Notes under the pieces: model-generated | Databases searched by the model: none | The model's input: only the letters and a program-made list of their open reading frames with translations | Told to the model about the DNA's origin: nothing | From: an uncultured Gemmatimonadales bacterium | GTDB taxonomy: Bacteria > Gemmatimonadota > Gemmatimonadetes > Longimicrobiales > RSA9 | DNA: 64,000 bases | Direction of reading: 5' to 3' | Assembly: GCA_963816355.1 (NCBI GenBank) | Contig: CAWFKH010000004.1 | Coordinates: 366,625-430,624, forward strand | Shown here: positions 47,750 through 56,444 of the stretch, piece by piece | How the letters are laid out: the number at the start of each line of letters is the position of its first letter | How positions within the stretch are numbered: the stretch's first letter is position 1 | Position numbers and translations under genes: made by a program

Positions 47750-49374
47750 AGCAAGGCCGCACCGCGCCCGGCCGGTCCGCCGCGAACGCGCCGGACGCCC
47801 CGCATTCCGGCGGCGCGCTGCATTCCGGCGGGGCCCCGCATTCCGGCAGCGCCCCGCATTCCGGCGGGGCGCTGAGCAACGCGGACCTCGCGCCGGTGCC
47901 GCCGGAGCGGCGCACGTGGGGGCTGTGGAACATCGCGTCGCTGTGGGTGGGGATGAGCGTATGCATCCCCACCTACATGCTCGCGGCGAGCATGATCGAC
48001 GCGGGCCTCTCGTGGTGGGAGAGCCTGCTCGCGATCCTGCTCGGCAACGCGATCGTGCTCGTGCCGCTCGTGCTGAACGCGCACGCCGGCACGCGCTACG
48101 GCATCCCGTTCCCCGTCTTCGCGCGCGCCTCCTTCGGCACCCGCGGCGCGCACGTCCCGTCGCTGCTGCGCTCGCTCGTCGCGTGCGGCTGGTTCGGCAT
48201 CCAGACGTGGATCGGCGGCCTCGCGATCCACGCGCTGCTCTCGATCGTGTGGCCGGCGTGGGCCGGCCTCGGCGGCGGCTGGCGGCTGATGGGGCAGTCG
48301 CTCCCGCTCTACCTCGGCTTCCTCGCCTTCTGGGCGATCAACATGTACTTCGTGTGGGCGGGGACCGAGTCGATCAAGTGGATGGAGACGCTCGCCGCGC
48401 CGTTCCTCATCGGCGGCGGCCTGCTGCTGCTCGCGTGGGCCGCCGCGCGCGTCGGCGGCTTCGGCCCGATGCTGCGCGGCTCCGAGCGGCTGGCGAGCCC
48501 CGCCCGCGGCGGCGCCGGCACGCTCCGCCTTTTCGTGCCGTGGCTCACCGCCATGGTCGGCTACTGGGCGACGCTCTCGCTCAACATCCCGGACTTCACC
48601 CGCTACGCGCGGAGCCAGAAGGACCAGGCCGTCGGCCAGGCGATCGGCCTCCTCACCACGATGCCGCTCTTCTCCTTCATCGGCGTCGCCGTCACGAGCG
48701 CGACCGTGCTCGTCTACGGCCAGGCGATCTGGAACCCGGTCGACCTGCTGGCCCGCCTCACGCGCGAGCGCGGCAGCCCCCTGCTCGGCGTGGCCGCGAT
48801 GCTCGTCCTGATCGTGGCGACGCTGAGCACCAACATCGCCGCCAACGTCGTCGCGCCCGCCAACAGCTTCTCCAACCTCGCGCCGCGCCGCATTTCCTTC
48901 CGCACCGGCGGCCTCGTGGCCGGCCTGATCGGCATCGCCATCCTGCCGTGGCGGCTGCTCGACATGTACCAGACGTGGCTGATCGGCTACTCCGGCCTGC
49001 TCGGCGCCGTGGGCGGCGTGCTGATCTGCGACTACGTCATCCTGCGCCGCGGCGCCCTCTCCGTCGACGACCTGTACGACGAGGCGGGCGCCTACGCCTA
49101 CCGCCGCGGCGTCAACCCGTCCGCCATGATCGCCCTCGCGGCGGGCATCGCCGTCGCGCTCGCGGGCCGCCTCGATCCGCGCCTCCGCTTCCTCTTCGAC
49201 GGCGCCTGGTTCTCCGCCGCGCTCGTTTCGCTCGCCATCTACTGGGCGCTCATGCGCGGCCGCATCGCCCGCGCCCCCGCGCCCGCCCGCGCCTCCGCTG
49301 CCGCTGGCGCCCCCGCTGCCGCCGGCGCGTCCGCTCCCGCGGCGGCGGCGCGCACCGCCGGCGGCGCGGCGTGA
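47746..49374 (+). CDS. NCS1 nucleobase:cation symporter
   Basis: LWVGMSVCIPTY, RYGIPFPVFARASFG, GWFGIQTW, WATLSLNIPDFTRY, NIAANVVAP; N-terminal 18-bp repeat x4 at 47797-47868. Confidence 0.93.
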   Translation: MKQGRTAPGRSAANAPDAPHSGGALHSGGAPHSGSAPHSGGALSNADLAPVPPERRTWGLWNIASLWVGMSVCIPTYMLAASMIDAGLSWWESLLAILLGNAIVLVPLVLNAHAGTRYGIPFPVFARASFGTRGAHVPSLLRSLVACGWFGIQTWIGGLAIHALLSIVWPAWAGLGGGWRLMGQSLPLYLGFLAFWAINMYFVWAGTESIKWMETLAAPFLIGGGLLLLAWAAARVGGFGPMLRGSERLASPARGGAGTLRLFVPWLTAMVGYWATLSLNIPDFTRYARSQKDQAVGQAIGLLTTMPLFSFIGVAVTSATVLVYGQAIWNPVDLLARLTRERGSPLLGVAAMLVLIVATLSTNIAANVVAPANSFSNLAPRRISFRTGGLVAGLIGIAILPWRLLDMYQTWLIGYSGLLGAVGGVLICDYVILRRGALSVDDLYDEAGAYAYRRGVNPSAMIALAAGIAVALAGRLDPRLRFLFDGAWFSAALVSLAIYWALMRGRIARAPAPARASAAAGAPAAAGASAPAAAARTAGGAA

Positions 49375-50924
49375 GCATCGACCTGATCGAGCGCGCCGCG
49401 CGTCACGGCGGCCGCGTCGCCCTGGCCGACGACGCTGGCGAGCACACCTACGACGACCTGCTCGCCGCGTCCGCCCGCGTCGCCGCGCTGCTCGCCGCGC
49501 ACGGCGGCGGCGCCGACCTCGGCGAGGCGCGCGTCGCGTTCATGGCGGAGCCGGGTCTCGACTACGTCGCCGCGCAGTGGGGAATCTGGCGCGCGGGCGG
49601 CGTCGCCGTCCCGCTCTGCGTCAGCCATCCGGCGCCCGAGCTGGAGTACGTGCTCGGCGACACCGGCGCCGCCACGGTCCTCGCCGGCGACGCTTTCGAG
49701 GCGCGCCTGCGCCCGCTCGCCGGCGCGCGCGGCGCCGCGCTGGTGAGGCTGCGCGACGCGCTGGCGGCGGGGGGCGACGTCGCCACGCTCCCCTCCATCG
49801 ATCCGGCGCGCCGCGCGATGATCCTCTACACGAGCGGCACGACGAGCCGGCCGAAGGGCGTCGTCAGCACGCACGCGAACCTGCGCGCTCAGATCGGGTG
49901 CCTGATCGAGGCGTGGGGCTGGAGCGCCGACGACCGCATCCTGCACGTGCTGCCGCTGCACCACACGCACGGCATCGTGAACGTGCTGCTCTGCGCGCTG
50001 CGCGCCGGCGCCGCGTGCGAGATGCAGCCCGGCTTCGACGCGGAGCGCGCGTGGCGCCGCCTCGCCGCGGGCGGTATCACGCTGTTCATGGCGGTGCCGA
50101 CGATCTACGTGAAGCTGATCGCGGCGTGGGAGGCGGCGGCGCCGGAGGCGCGCGCTCGCATGTCGGAGGCGTGCCGTCGTCTGCGGCTGATGGTGTCCGG
50201 CTCCGCCGCGCTGCCGGTCACGACGTTCGAGCGGTGGCGCGAGATCGCCGGCCACGCGCTGCTCGAGCGCTACGGCATGACGGAGATCGGCATGGCGCTC
50301 TCGAACCCGCTGGACGGCGAGCGCCGGCCCGGCACGGTCGGCCGGCCGCTGCCGAGCGTCGACGTGCGCCTGGTCGACGACGGCGGCCGCGTGGTGGAGG
50401 GCGAGGACGCCGGGGGCGAGATCCAGGTGCGCGGGCCGAGCGTCTTCCTCGAGTACTGGGGCCGGCCGGACGCGACGCGCGAGGCGTTCGTCGACGGCTG
50501 GTTCCGCACCGGCGACGTCGCGCTCCGCGAGCGCGGCTACTACCGCATCCTCGGGCGCAGCAGCGTCGACATCGTGAAGACCGGCGGCTACAAGGTCTCC
50601 GCGCTCGAGATCGAGGAAGTGCTGCGCGCGCACCCCGCCGTGCGCGACTGCGCGGTGGTGGGCGTGGAGGACCCGGAGTGGGGCGAGCGCGTGTGCGCCG
50701 CCGTGGTGCCGGTCGAGGGCGCGGAGGCCGACGCCGATCCCGACGCCCTGCGCGCGTGGGTGGAGGCGCGGCTCGCGCCGTACAAGGTGCCGCGGCGGTG
50801 GGCGCTGCTCGAGGCGCTGCCCCGCAACGTGATGGGCAAGGTGACCAAGCCGGCGGTCAGGGACGCGTTCGCAACGGAGCGGACCCGGCCGACACCCGCC
50901 GAACCCGCACCGGAGAACCGATGA
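49371..50924 (+). CDS. Acyl-CoA synthetase, malonyl/methylmalonyl-CoA synthetase (MatB/ACSF3) type
   Basis: YTSGTTSRPKG, LPLHHTHG, FMAVPTIY, SGSAAL, ERYGMTE, DIVKTGGYKVSALEIE, PRNVMGKV. Confidence 0.85.
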   Translation: MSIDLIERAARHGGRVALADDAGEHTYDDLLAASARVAALLAAHGGGADLGEARVAFMAEPGLDYVAAQWGIWRAGGVAVPLCVSHPAPELEYVLGDTGAATVLAGDAFEARLRPLAGARGAALVRLRDALAAGGDVATLPSIDPARRAMILYTSGTTSRPKGVVSTHANLRAQIGCLIEAWGWSADDRILHVLPLHHTHGIVNVLLCALRAGAACEMQPGFDAERAWRRLAAGGITLFMAVPTIYVKLIAAWEAAAPEARARMSEACRRLRLMVSGSAALPVTTFERWREIAGHALLERYGMTEIGMALSNPLDGERRPGTVGRPLPSVDVRLVDDGGRVVEGEDAGGEIQVRGPSVFLEYWGRPDATREAFVDGWFRTGDVALRERGYYRILGRSSVDIVKTGGYKVSALEIEEVLRAHPAVRDCAVVGVEDPEWGERVCAAVVPVEGAEADADPDALRAWVEARLAPYKVPRRWALLEALPRNVMGKVTKPAVRDAFATERTRPTPAEPAPENR

Positions 50925-51706
50925 AGCTCTACGACCTGTCGCAGCCGCTGAACCAGGAGTGCTCCTTCTGGCCCTACTACCCGCCGTTCGAGGTGAAGTA
51001 CATCAAGCGCAAGGCGGAGCACGGCGTGAACGCGCAGTACATCCAGACGTCCAACCACATGGGCACGCACCTGGACGCGCCGCGCCACTTCGTCACCAAC
51101 GGCATGACGATCGACGAGATCCCGCTCGAGTGGCTCTACGGCCCAGGCGTGATCGTCGACCTGCGCGCCGAGATGGACGACCTCGCCATCTATTCGCCGG
51201 AGATGATCGAGAGCCGCGTCGAGGTGCGGGACGGCGACATCGTGATCCTGCACACCGGCTGGGAGCGCTACGGCCAGTTCGGCGAGGAGGCCGACGAGGA
51301 GCGCTACATCCACCGCCACCCCGGGCCGCACCCGGACATGGTGCCGTGGCTGCTCGAGAAGAAGGTCCACATCTGGGGCCTCGACGCGATCTCGACCGAC
51401 CACCCGATGAACCTTCCGATCGGCCGCTTCCTCGGCAAAGGCATGCACGGCCACTGCGACCGCGTGCGCGCGCTGGCCGAGGAGAAGTTCGGCAAGGAGG
51501 GCGTCGCGAAGCTCTTCCCCGAGGAGGACTACCAGCTCACGCACAACGCGCTCTTCCCCCACGACTGCATCCACATCGAGAACCTCGGCGGCGAGATCGC
51601 GGCGCCGGAGCTGCAGAACCGGCGCCTGACCATCGGCTGCTTCCCGTGGAAGTTCAAGGGCGGCGAGGCCGCCTTCGCTCGCACCGTCGCGTTCGTCGAG
51701 GAGTAG
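50921..51706 (+). CDS. Cyclase-family (kynurenine formamidase-like) metal-dependent hydrolase
   Basis: YDLSQ, HMGTHLDAPRH, LHTGW, GLDAISTDH, IHIENL. Confidence 0.9.
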   Translation: MKLYDLSQPLNQECSFWPYYPPFEVKYIKRKAEHGVNAQYIQTSNHMGTHLDAPRHFVTNGMTIDEIPLEWLYGPGVIVDLRAEMDDLAIYSPEMIESRVEVRDGDIVILHTGWERYGQFGEEADEERYIHRHPGPHPDMVPWLLEKKVHIWGLDAISTDHPMNLPIGRFLGKGMHGHCDRVRALAEEKFGKEGVAKLFPEEDYQLTHNALFPHDCIHIENLGGEIAAPELQNRRLTIGCFPWKFKGGEAAFARTVAFVEE

Positions 51707-51758
51707 GCGCCGCGGGCCGCCTTCGCGCGCACCGTCGCGTTCGTCGAGGAGTAGGCGC
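51667..51758 (+). repeat. 48-bp-period duplication of the cyclase 3' end, including the stop codon
   Basis: GGCCGCCTTCGC(T/G)CGCACCGTCGCGTTCGTCGAGGAGTAGGCGC present twice, 1 mismatch. Confidence 0.9.
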
Positions 51759-51800
51759 GGCGCGCCAGGCGGCACGATCCGGAACCACGAAAGGAGCCGC

Positions 51801-53195
51801 ATGTCGGAAGAGATCGCCGGCCTCTCCGCCAGCGAGCTGCGCGCGCGCATCAGCCGCCGCGAGCTCGCCGCGGTGGACGTCGTCGAAGCGGCGCTGGCGG
51901 CGGTGGGTCGCTGGAACGAGCGCATCAACGCGGTCGTCACGCTGAACGAGCGTGCGCTCGACGACGCGCGCGCGCTGGACGCGCGGCGCGCCGCCGGCGA
52001 GGAGCCGGGCCCGCTCTTCGGCCTGCCCGTCGGCATCAAGGACGTCACCCCGGTCGCCGACCTGCGCACGACGTACGGCTCGCCGCTCTACCGCGACCAC
52101 GTCCCCGCCGAGGACGCGCTCGTCGTGCGCCGCGTGCGCGACGCGGGCGGGATCATCCTCGGCAAGACGAACACGCCGGAATTCGCCGCGGGCGGCAACA
52201 CGTTCAACGAGGTGTTCGGCCGCACGCGCAACCCCTGGGACCCGAGCCGCAGCGCCGGCGGCTCGACCGGCGGCGGCGCGGCCGCGCTGGCGACCGGCAT
52301 GATCGCGCTCGCGGAGGGGACCGACCTCGGCGGCTCACTGCGCATCCCCGCCTCCTTCTGCGGCGTCGTCGGGCTCCGCCCCTCGCCCGGCCTCGTCCCG
52401 ACCCACCCCTCCGACTACGTGTGGGACACGCTCCAGGTGACCGGCCCGATGGCGCGCCGAGCGGAGGACGTCGCGCTGATGCTGCAGGCCGTGTGCGGCC
52501 CCGATCCGCTCGCGCCGCTCGCGCAGCCCGTCGCCGGCCGCGACTTCGTCGGCGCCGTCCGCAACGGCATCCGGCCCGGCCTGCGGCTCGCCTACTGCGC
52601 CGACATCGCCGGCATCGGCGTCGACGCGGACGTCGAGCGCGTCTGCCGCGACGCCGCCTTCGCGCTGCGCGACGCCGGCGCCGCCGTCGAGGAGATCGAG
52701 CTCGACCTCTCCGAGGCGCGCGCGGCGTTCCTCGCGCTGCGCGGCTACTGGATGGTCGCGCAGCAGTACACGCGTCTCGACCGCACGGACGACTTCGGCG
52801 CCAACGTCGCCGGCAACGTGCGCGCCGGCCTCGCCACGACCACGCTCCAGTACGGCGAGGCGGAGCACGTGCGCGGCCGCCTCTGGCACCGCTTCCGCAC
52901 GCTGCTCTCCCGCTACGACCACCTGCTCACGCCGTGCATGGCCGTGCCACCCTTCCCCGTCGAGCGCAACTATCCGGAGAGCGTCGCCGGCCGCACGATG
53001 GAGACGTACGTCGACTGGCTCGCCCCCACCTTCGTGCTCAGCCTCACCGGCCTGCCCGTGGCGTCCGTCCCCGCCGGCCTGGATTCCTCCGGGCTGCCCG
53101 CGGGACTCCAGATCGTCGGCCGCCCGCAGGGCGAGGAGGCGGTCCTCGCCCTCGCCGCCGCCGTCCAGGCCGCCCGCCCGATCGGGGGGCCGTAG
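51801..53195 (+). CDS. Amidase signature family protein
   Basis: GLPVGIKD (Lys), GGSTGG, GTDLGGSLRIPASFCG (Ser-cisSer-Lys triad); AAGGAG RBS. Confidence 0.92.
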   Translation: MSEEIAGLSASELRARISRRELAAVDVVEAALAAVGRWNERINAVVTLNERALDDARALDARRAAGEEPGPLFGLPVGIKDVTPVADLRTTYGSPLYRDHVPAEDALVVRRVRDAGGIILGKTNTPEFAAGGNTFNEVFGRTRNPWDPSRSAGGSTGGGAAALATGMIALAEGTDLGGSLRIPASFCGVVGLRPSPGLVPTHPSDYVWDTLQVTGPMARRAEDVALMLQAVCGPDPLAPLAQPVAGRDFVGAVRNGIRPGLRLAYCADIAGIGVDADVERVCRDAAFALRDAGAAVEEIELDLSEARAAFLALRGYWMVAQQYTRLDRTDDFGANVAGNVRAGLATTTLQYGEAEHVRGRLWHRFRTLLSRYDHLLTPCMAVPPFPVERNYPESVAGRTMETYVDWLAPTFVLSLTGLPVASVPAGLDSSGLPAGLQIVGRPQGEEAVLALAAAVQAARPIGGP

Positions 53196-53203
53196 CCGGC
53201 CGA

Positions 53204-53408
53204 GGGCGCGGAGGAGGGCGCGGAGGAACGGCGGAGGACGCGGAGTAACGGCGGAGGGCGCGGAGTAACGGCGGAGGACGTGCGCGGAAGATGCGTCGCG
53301 CGCCGAGGCTCCCCGGCTCGGCCCGCTTCGACCGCCGTCGTTCTCCGTGATCTCCGACTCTTCGTGCTCTCCGTGACACGCTGTTCCTCCGCGCCCTCCT
53401 CCGCGCCC
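53204..53408. repeat. Perfect 26-bp inverted repeat enclosing a REP-like arm
   Basis: GGGCGCGGAGGAGGGCGCGGAGGAAC (53204-53229) and its complement (53383-53408); internal arm CTCCGTG…CTCCGTGAC at 53343-53377. Confidence 0.8.
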
Positions 53409-53419
53409 GCCTCCGCGCG

Positions 53420-53449
53420 TTGACATCGCGCCCCGAACCTCCGTACGGT
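53420..53449 (+). promoter_or_regulatory. Sigma70-type promoter
   Basis: TTGACA-N18-TACGGT upstream of the gene at 53508. Confidence 0.55.
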
Positions 53450-53507
53450 GGGACGATCGGCCTTCGTCGCGACACGGGACGATTTCCCCCCTCACGAGGA
53501 GCGTGCC

Positions 53508-54482
53508 ATGAGGATCACTCGCTTCACGCCCATCCTGCTCTCGCTGCTGGCGCTCGGTCCCGCGATCGGCTGCGCCGGGGGCGACGCTGGCGACGCCGAC
53601 GGCTCCGACGCCGCGAGCACCGGGGGCGCCGCGGCGCCGGCCGGCGCGCCGTCGGATGCCGCTTCGGGCGACGTCGTCGAAGTGACCGCGCACGATTTCG
53701 CGTTCCAGGCGCCGGACACGATCGCGCCCGGGTGGACGACGTTCCGCTTCCACAACGAAGGCGCGCAGACGCACTTCTTCGTGCTCGATCACCTGCCGGA
53801 CGGCAGGAAGCTCGCCGATTTCGGGGCCGCGGTCGCGGCGCCGTTCGACAGGGCGTGGTCCGGGCTGCAGGCGGGGACGCTGAAGAAGTCCGAGGTCCCG
53901 GCGCTGCTCGGCAGCATGCTGCCGCCGTGGTTCGGCGGCGTCGAGCAGACCGGCGGCGTGGGTCTGGTGGCGCCGGGCGGCACCGGCCAGGCGACGGTGC
54001 GTCTCGAGCCAGGCACGTACGTGATCGAGTGCTACGTCAAGACACCCGACGGGCAGTTCCACACCTCGCTCGGCATGGCACGCCAGCTCGACGTCGCCGG
54101 CGAGCCGGCAATGGCCGCCGCGCCATCCGCCGACGCCGAGATCACGTTCGCGAACGGCGCGATGCAGGCACCCGCCGAGCTGAGCGCCGGCCGCCACACC
54201 GTCGCCGTCCACTACCAGGACAAGGCCGCCGGCATCCTCGCCAACGATGTCCACGTGGCGCGGCTCAACGAGGGACAGAACGCGCGGGATCTGGCGCCGT
54301 GGATGGACTGGATGAACGTGCAGGGTCTGCGCGCGCCGGCGCCCGCCACCTTCCTCGGCGGCGTGCAGGAGGTGCCCACCGGCGGCACCGCCTACTTCAC
54401 CGTCGACCTCGAGGCGGGCCGCTACACCTGGATCTCGGAGAACGCCGAGCAAGGCATGGTGCAGGCGTTCACCGTGCGCTGA
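53508..54482 (+). CDS. Lipoprotein with two cupredoxin-like domains
   Basis: AIGC lipobox; domain 1 has H…C-x9-H-x4-M (QTHF…ECYVKTPDGQFHTSLGM); domain 2 lacks the Cys/His ligands. Confidence 0.65.
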   Translation: MRITRFTPILLSLLALGPAIGCAGGDAGDADGSDAASTGGAAAPAGAPSDAASGDVVEVTAHDFAFQAPDTIAPGWTTFRFHNEGAQTHFFVLDHLPDGRKLADFGAAVAAPFDRAWSGLQAGTLKKSEVPALLGSMLPPWFGGVEQTGGVGLVAPGGTGQATVRLEPGTYVIECYVKTPDGQFHTSLGMARQLDVAGEPAMAAAPSADAEITFANGAMQAPAELSAGRHTVAVHYQDKAAGILANDVHVARLNEGQNARDLAPWMDWMNVQGLRAPAPATFLGGVQEVPTGGTAYFTVDLEAGRYTWISENAEQGMVQAFTVR

Positions 54483-54546
54483 GACGCGGGCGCGGGGTGA
54501 GCTCGACCCACCCCGCGCCCGGCCGTCGTCTTCGTGAGGGTCAGCG

Positions 54547-54610
54547 CCGCAACCGGCGCGCGATCCGCCGCAACCGGCGCGCGATCCGCCGCAACCGGCG
54601 CGCGATCCGC
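54547..54610 (+). repeat. 21-bp tandem repeat x3
   Basis: CCGCAACCGGCGCGCGATCCG units. Confidence 0.85.
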
Positions 54611-54615
54611 GAGAA

Positions 54616-54784
54616 CAATCTCGTAATCGACGCACGCCCGACCATCGCCATCCGGGTTTTGCTCGGAAAGCGGGAAGAATCTCGTAGCGGATGCGCCGGA
54701 GCCGTGCCGGTTACGAGATTTGTCTCGGTTTCCGAGACAAATCCGGATGGCGATGGTGGAGACGACGTCCATTACGAGAAATTG
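54616..54784. repeat. ~170-bp imperfect palindrome with nested palindromes
   Basis: Arms of about 75 nt (54616-54690 / 54707-54784) align as reverse complements; perfect inner ATTTGTCTCGG-TTT-CCGAGACAAAT at 54718-54742. Confidence 0.85.
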
Positions 54785-54987
54785 ATCGCCCCGCGGGAGC
54801 CCCACCGGCGCCGCACCCTTTCGGGCCGCGCGCCCCCGCGCGAGCCCCGCGGCGTCGGCGGCTGTCCGGCCGCCCGCCCCCGCGCGAGCCCCGCCCCGCG
54901 CCGGCTGCATTGCGTTTCTCCCCTGTCCCACGAATGTTCGGCAACCGATCCGGTTCAACGCCGAACGCGCCCCCAACCCGCCGACCC

Positions 54988-56031
54988 ATGATCCATCGAC
55001 TGTGGCACGGCTGGACGACGCCCGCGAACGCCGACGCCTACGAGACTCTGCTCCGCACGGAGGTCCTGCCCGGCATCGCCGCCCGCGGCATTCCCGGCTA
55101 TCACGGCGCGACGCTCCAGCGCCGCGACGTCGCCGGCGAAGTCGAGTTCATGACGACGCTGCGCTTCGCGTCGCTCGACGCCGTGCGCGCCTTCGTCGGC
55201 GACGACGCGACCGTCTCGTACGTGCCGCCGCCCGCGCGCGCGCTGCTCTCCCGCTACGACGGGCGCGCCACGCACTACGACGTCGTGCTCGAGCAGCAGA
55301 GCGCCGATCGGGTGGCCGCGCGTGAGACCGTCGCGGCCGCGCATGAGCCCATCCCGCCCGTGGGCGAGCCCATCGCGGCCGCGCATGAGCCCATCCCGCC
55401 CGGGGGTGAGCCCATCGCGGCCGCGCATGAGTCCGCCGCGCCGGCGCGTGAGCCCACACCCGCCACACCCGCCGCGCCCGCCACACCCGCCGCGCCCGCC
55501 ACACCCGCCACACCCGCCACACCCGCCACACCCGCCGCGCCCGCCACACCCGCCACCGCCGGCGCCGCGATCGCCGCCGCCATCCGCGCGTCGATCACCG
55601 GGCCGATGTGGCACGGCCCCACGCTGCACGACGCGGTCGAAGGCGTGAGCGCGGAAGACGCCGCCGCGCACCCGATCACCGGCGCGCACTCGATCTGGGA
55701 GCTCGCCGCCCACGTCGCCGCCTGGGCCGACATCGCGCGCGAGCGCATCGGCGGGCGCGCCGTCGAGGTCACGCCGGAGCGCAACTTCCCGCCGATCCCG
55801 GAGGTCCGCGAGTCCGCGTGGGCCGAGACGATCCGCGACATGGAGGCCCGCTACGACGCTCTCGCCGTCGCCGTCGAATCGCTGGACGACGTCGCCCTGC
55901 GCCGCAGCGCCGGCCAGGGACAGCCCACCGTCGAGGCGATGGCGCGCGGCGTCGTCGAGCACGGCGTCTACCACGCCGGCCAGATGTCGCTGCTGCGGCG
56001 CGCGCTCGGAGGCGCGCCTCCGGCGAGCTGA
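54988..56031 (+). CDS. Fusion protein: ABM-like dimeric alpha/beta barrel domain + repeat linker + DinB-family domain
   Basis: MIHRLWHGWT…FASLDAVRAFVG…HY; 39-bp and 9/18-bp repeat linker; WHGP…HSIWELAAHV…EHGVYHAGQM. Confidence 0.8.
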   Translation: MIHRLWHGWTTPANADAYETLLRTEVLPGIAARGIPGYHGATLQRRDVAGEVEFMTTLRFASLDAVRAFVGDDATVSYVPPPARALLSRYDGRATHYDVVLEQQSADRVAARETVAAAHEPIPPVGEPIAAAHEPIPPGGEPIAAAHESAAPAREPTPATPAAPATPAAPATPATPATPATPAAPATPATAGAAIAAAIRASITGPMWHGPTLHDAVEGVSAEDAAAHPITGAHSIWELAAHVAAWADIARERIGGRAVEVTPERNFPPIPEVRESAWAETIRDMEARYDALAVAVESLDDVALRRSAGQGQPTVEAMARGVVEHGVYHAGQMSLLRRALGGAPPAS

Positions 56032-56105
56032 GGGCGCGGAGGGACGGCTGAGGGCGCGGGGGCTCGCCTCCGGCGAGCTGAGGGCGCGGAGGGACGGCTG
56101 AGGGC

Positions 56106-56329
56106 GCGGAGAAACAGCTCCTCACGGAGGGGTCGGAGGGGCGGAGGACACGGAGCCGGCGCGGGCGACGACGCGGCGGGGCGAGCCGGCTCCACAACGT
56201 CTTTTTGTTGGGTGGCAGGGCCCGGGAGGCGCGTTGCGCGGGCGAGGATCACCGGCCCTGCATGATTCGACGGCGCCTCCCCCGTGCCCTCCGACCCTCC
56301 GACCCCTCCGTGCCAGGCTGTTTCTCCGC
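56106..56329. repeat. REP-like element with ~48-bp inverted arms, adjacent to the GxxExxY gene
   Basis: GCGGAGAAACAGC-N4-CACGGAGGGGTCGGAGGG… and …CCCTCCGACCCCTCCGTG-N4-GCTGTTTCTCCGC. Confidence 0.8.
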
Positions 56330-56444
56330 TATCTCCGTCCCTCCGTTCCCTCGCCGCCCGTGTGGCCATTCCGGCGCCCCGCGGATGGGCGCACCTTGGC
56401 GGGCGCGCGACGGCAGGGCCCCGCAACGCCGGAGACACGGAAGG

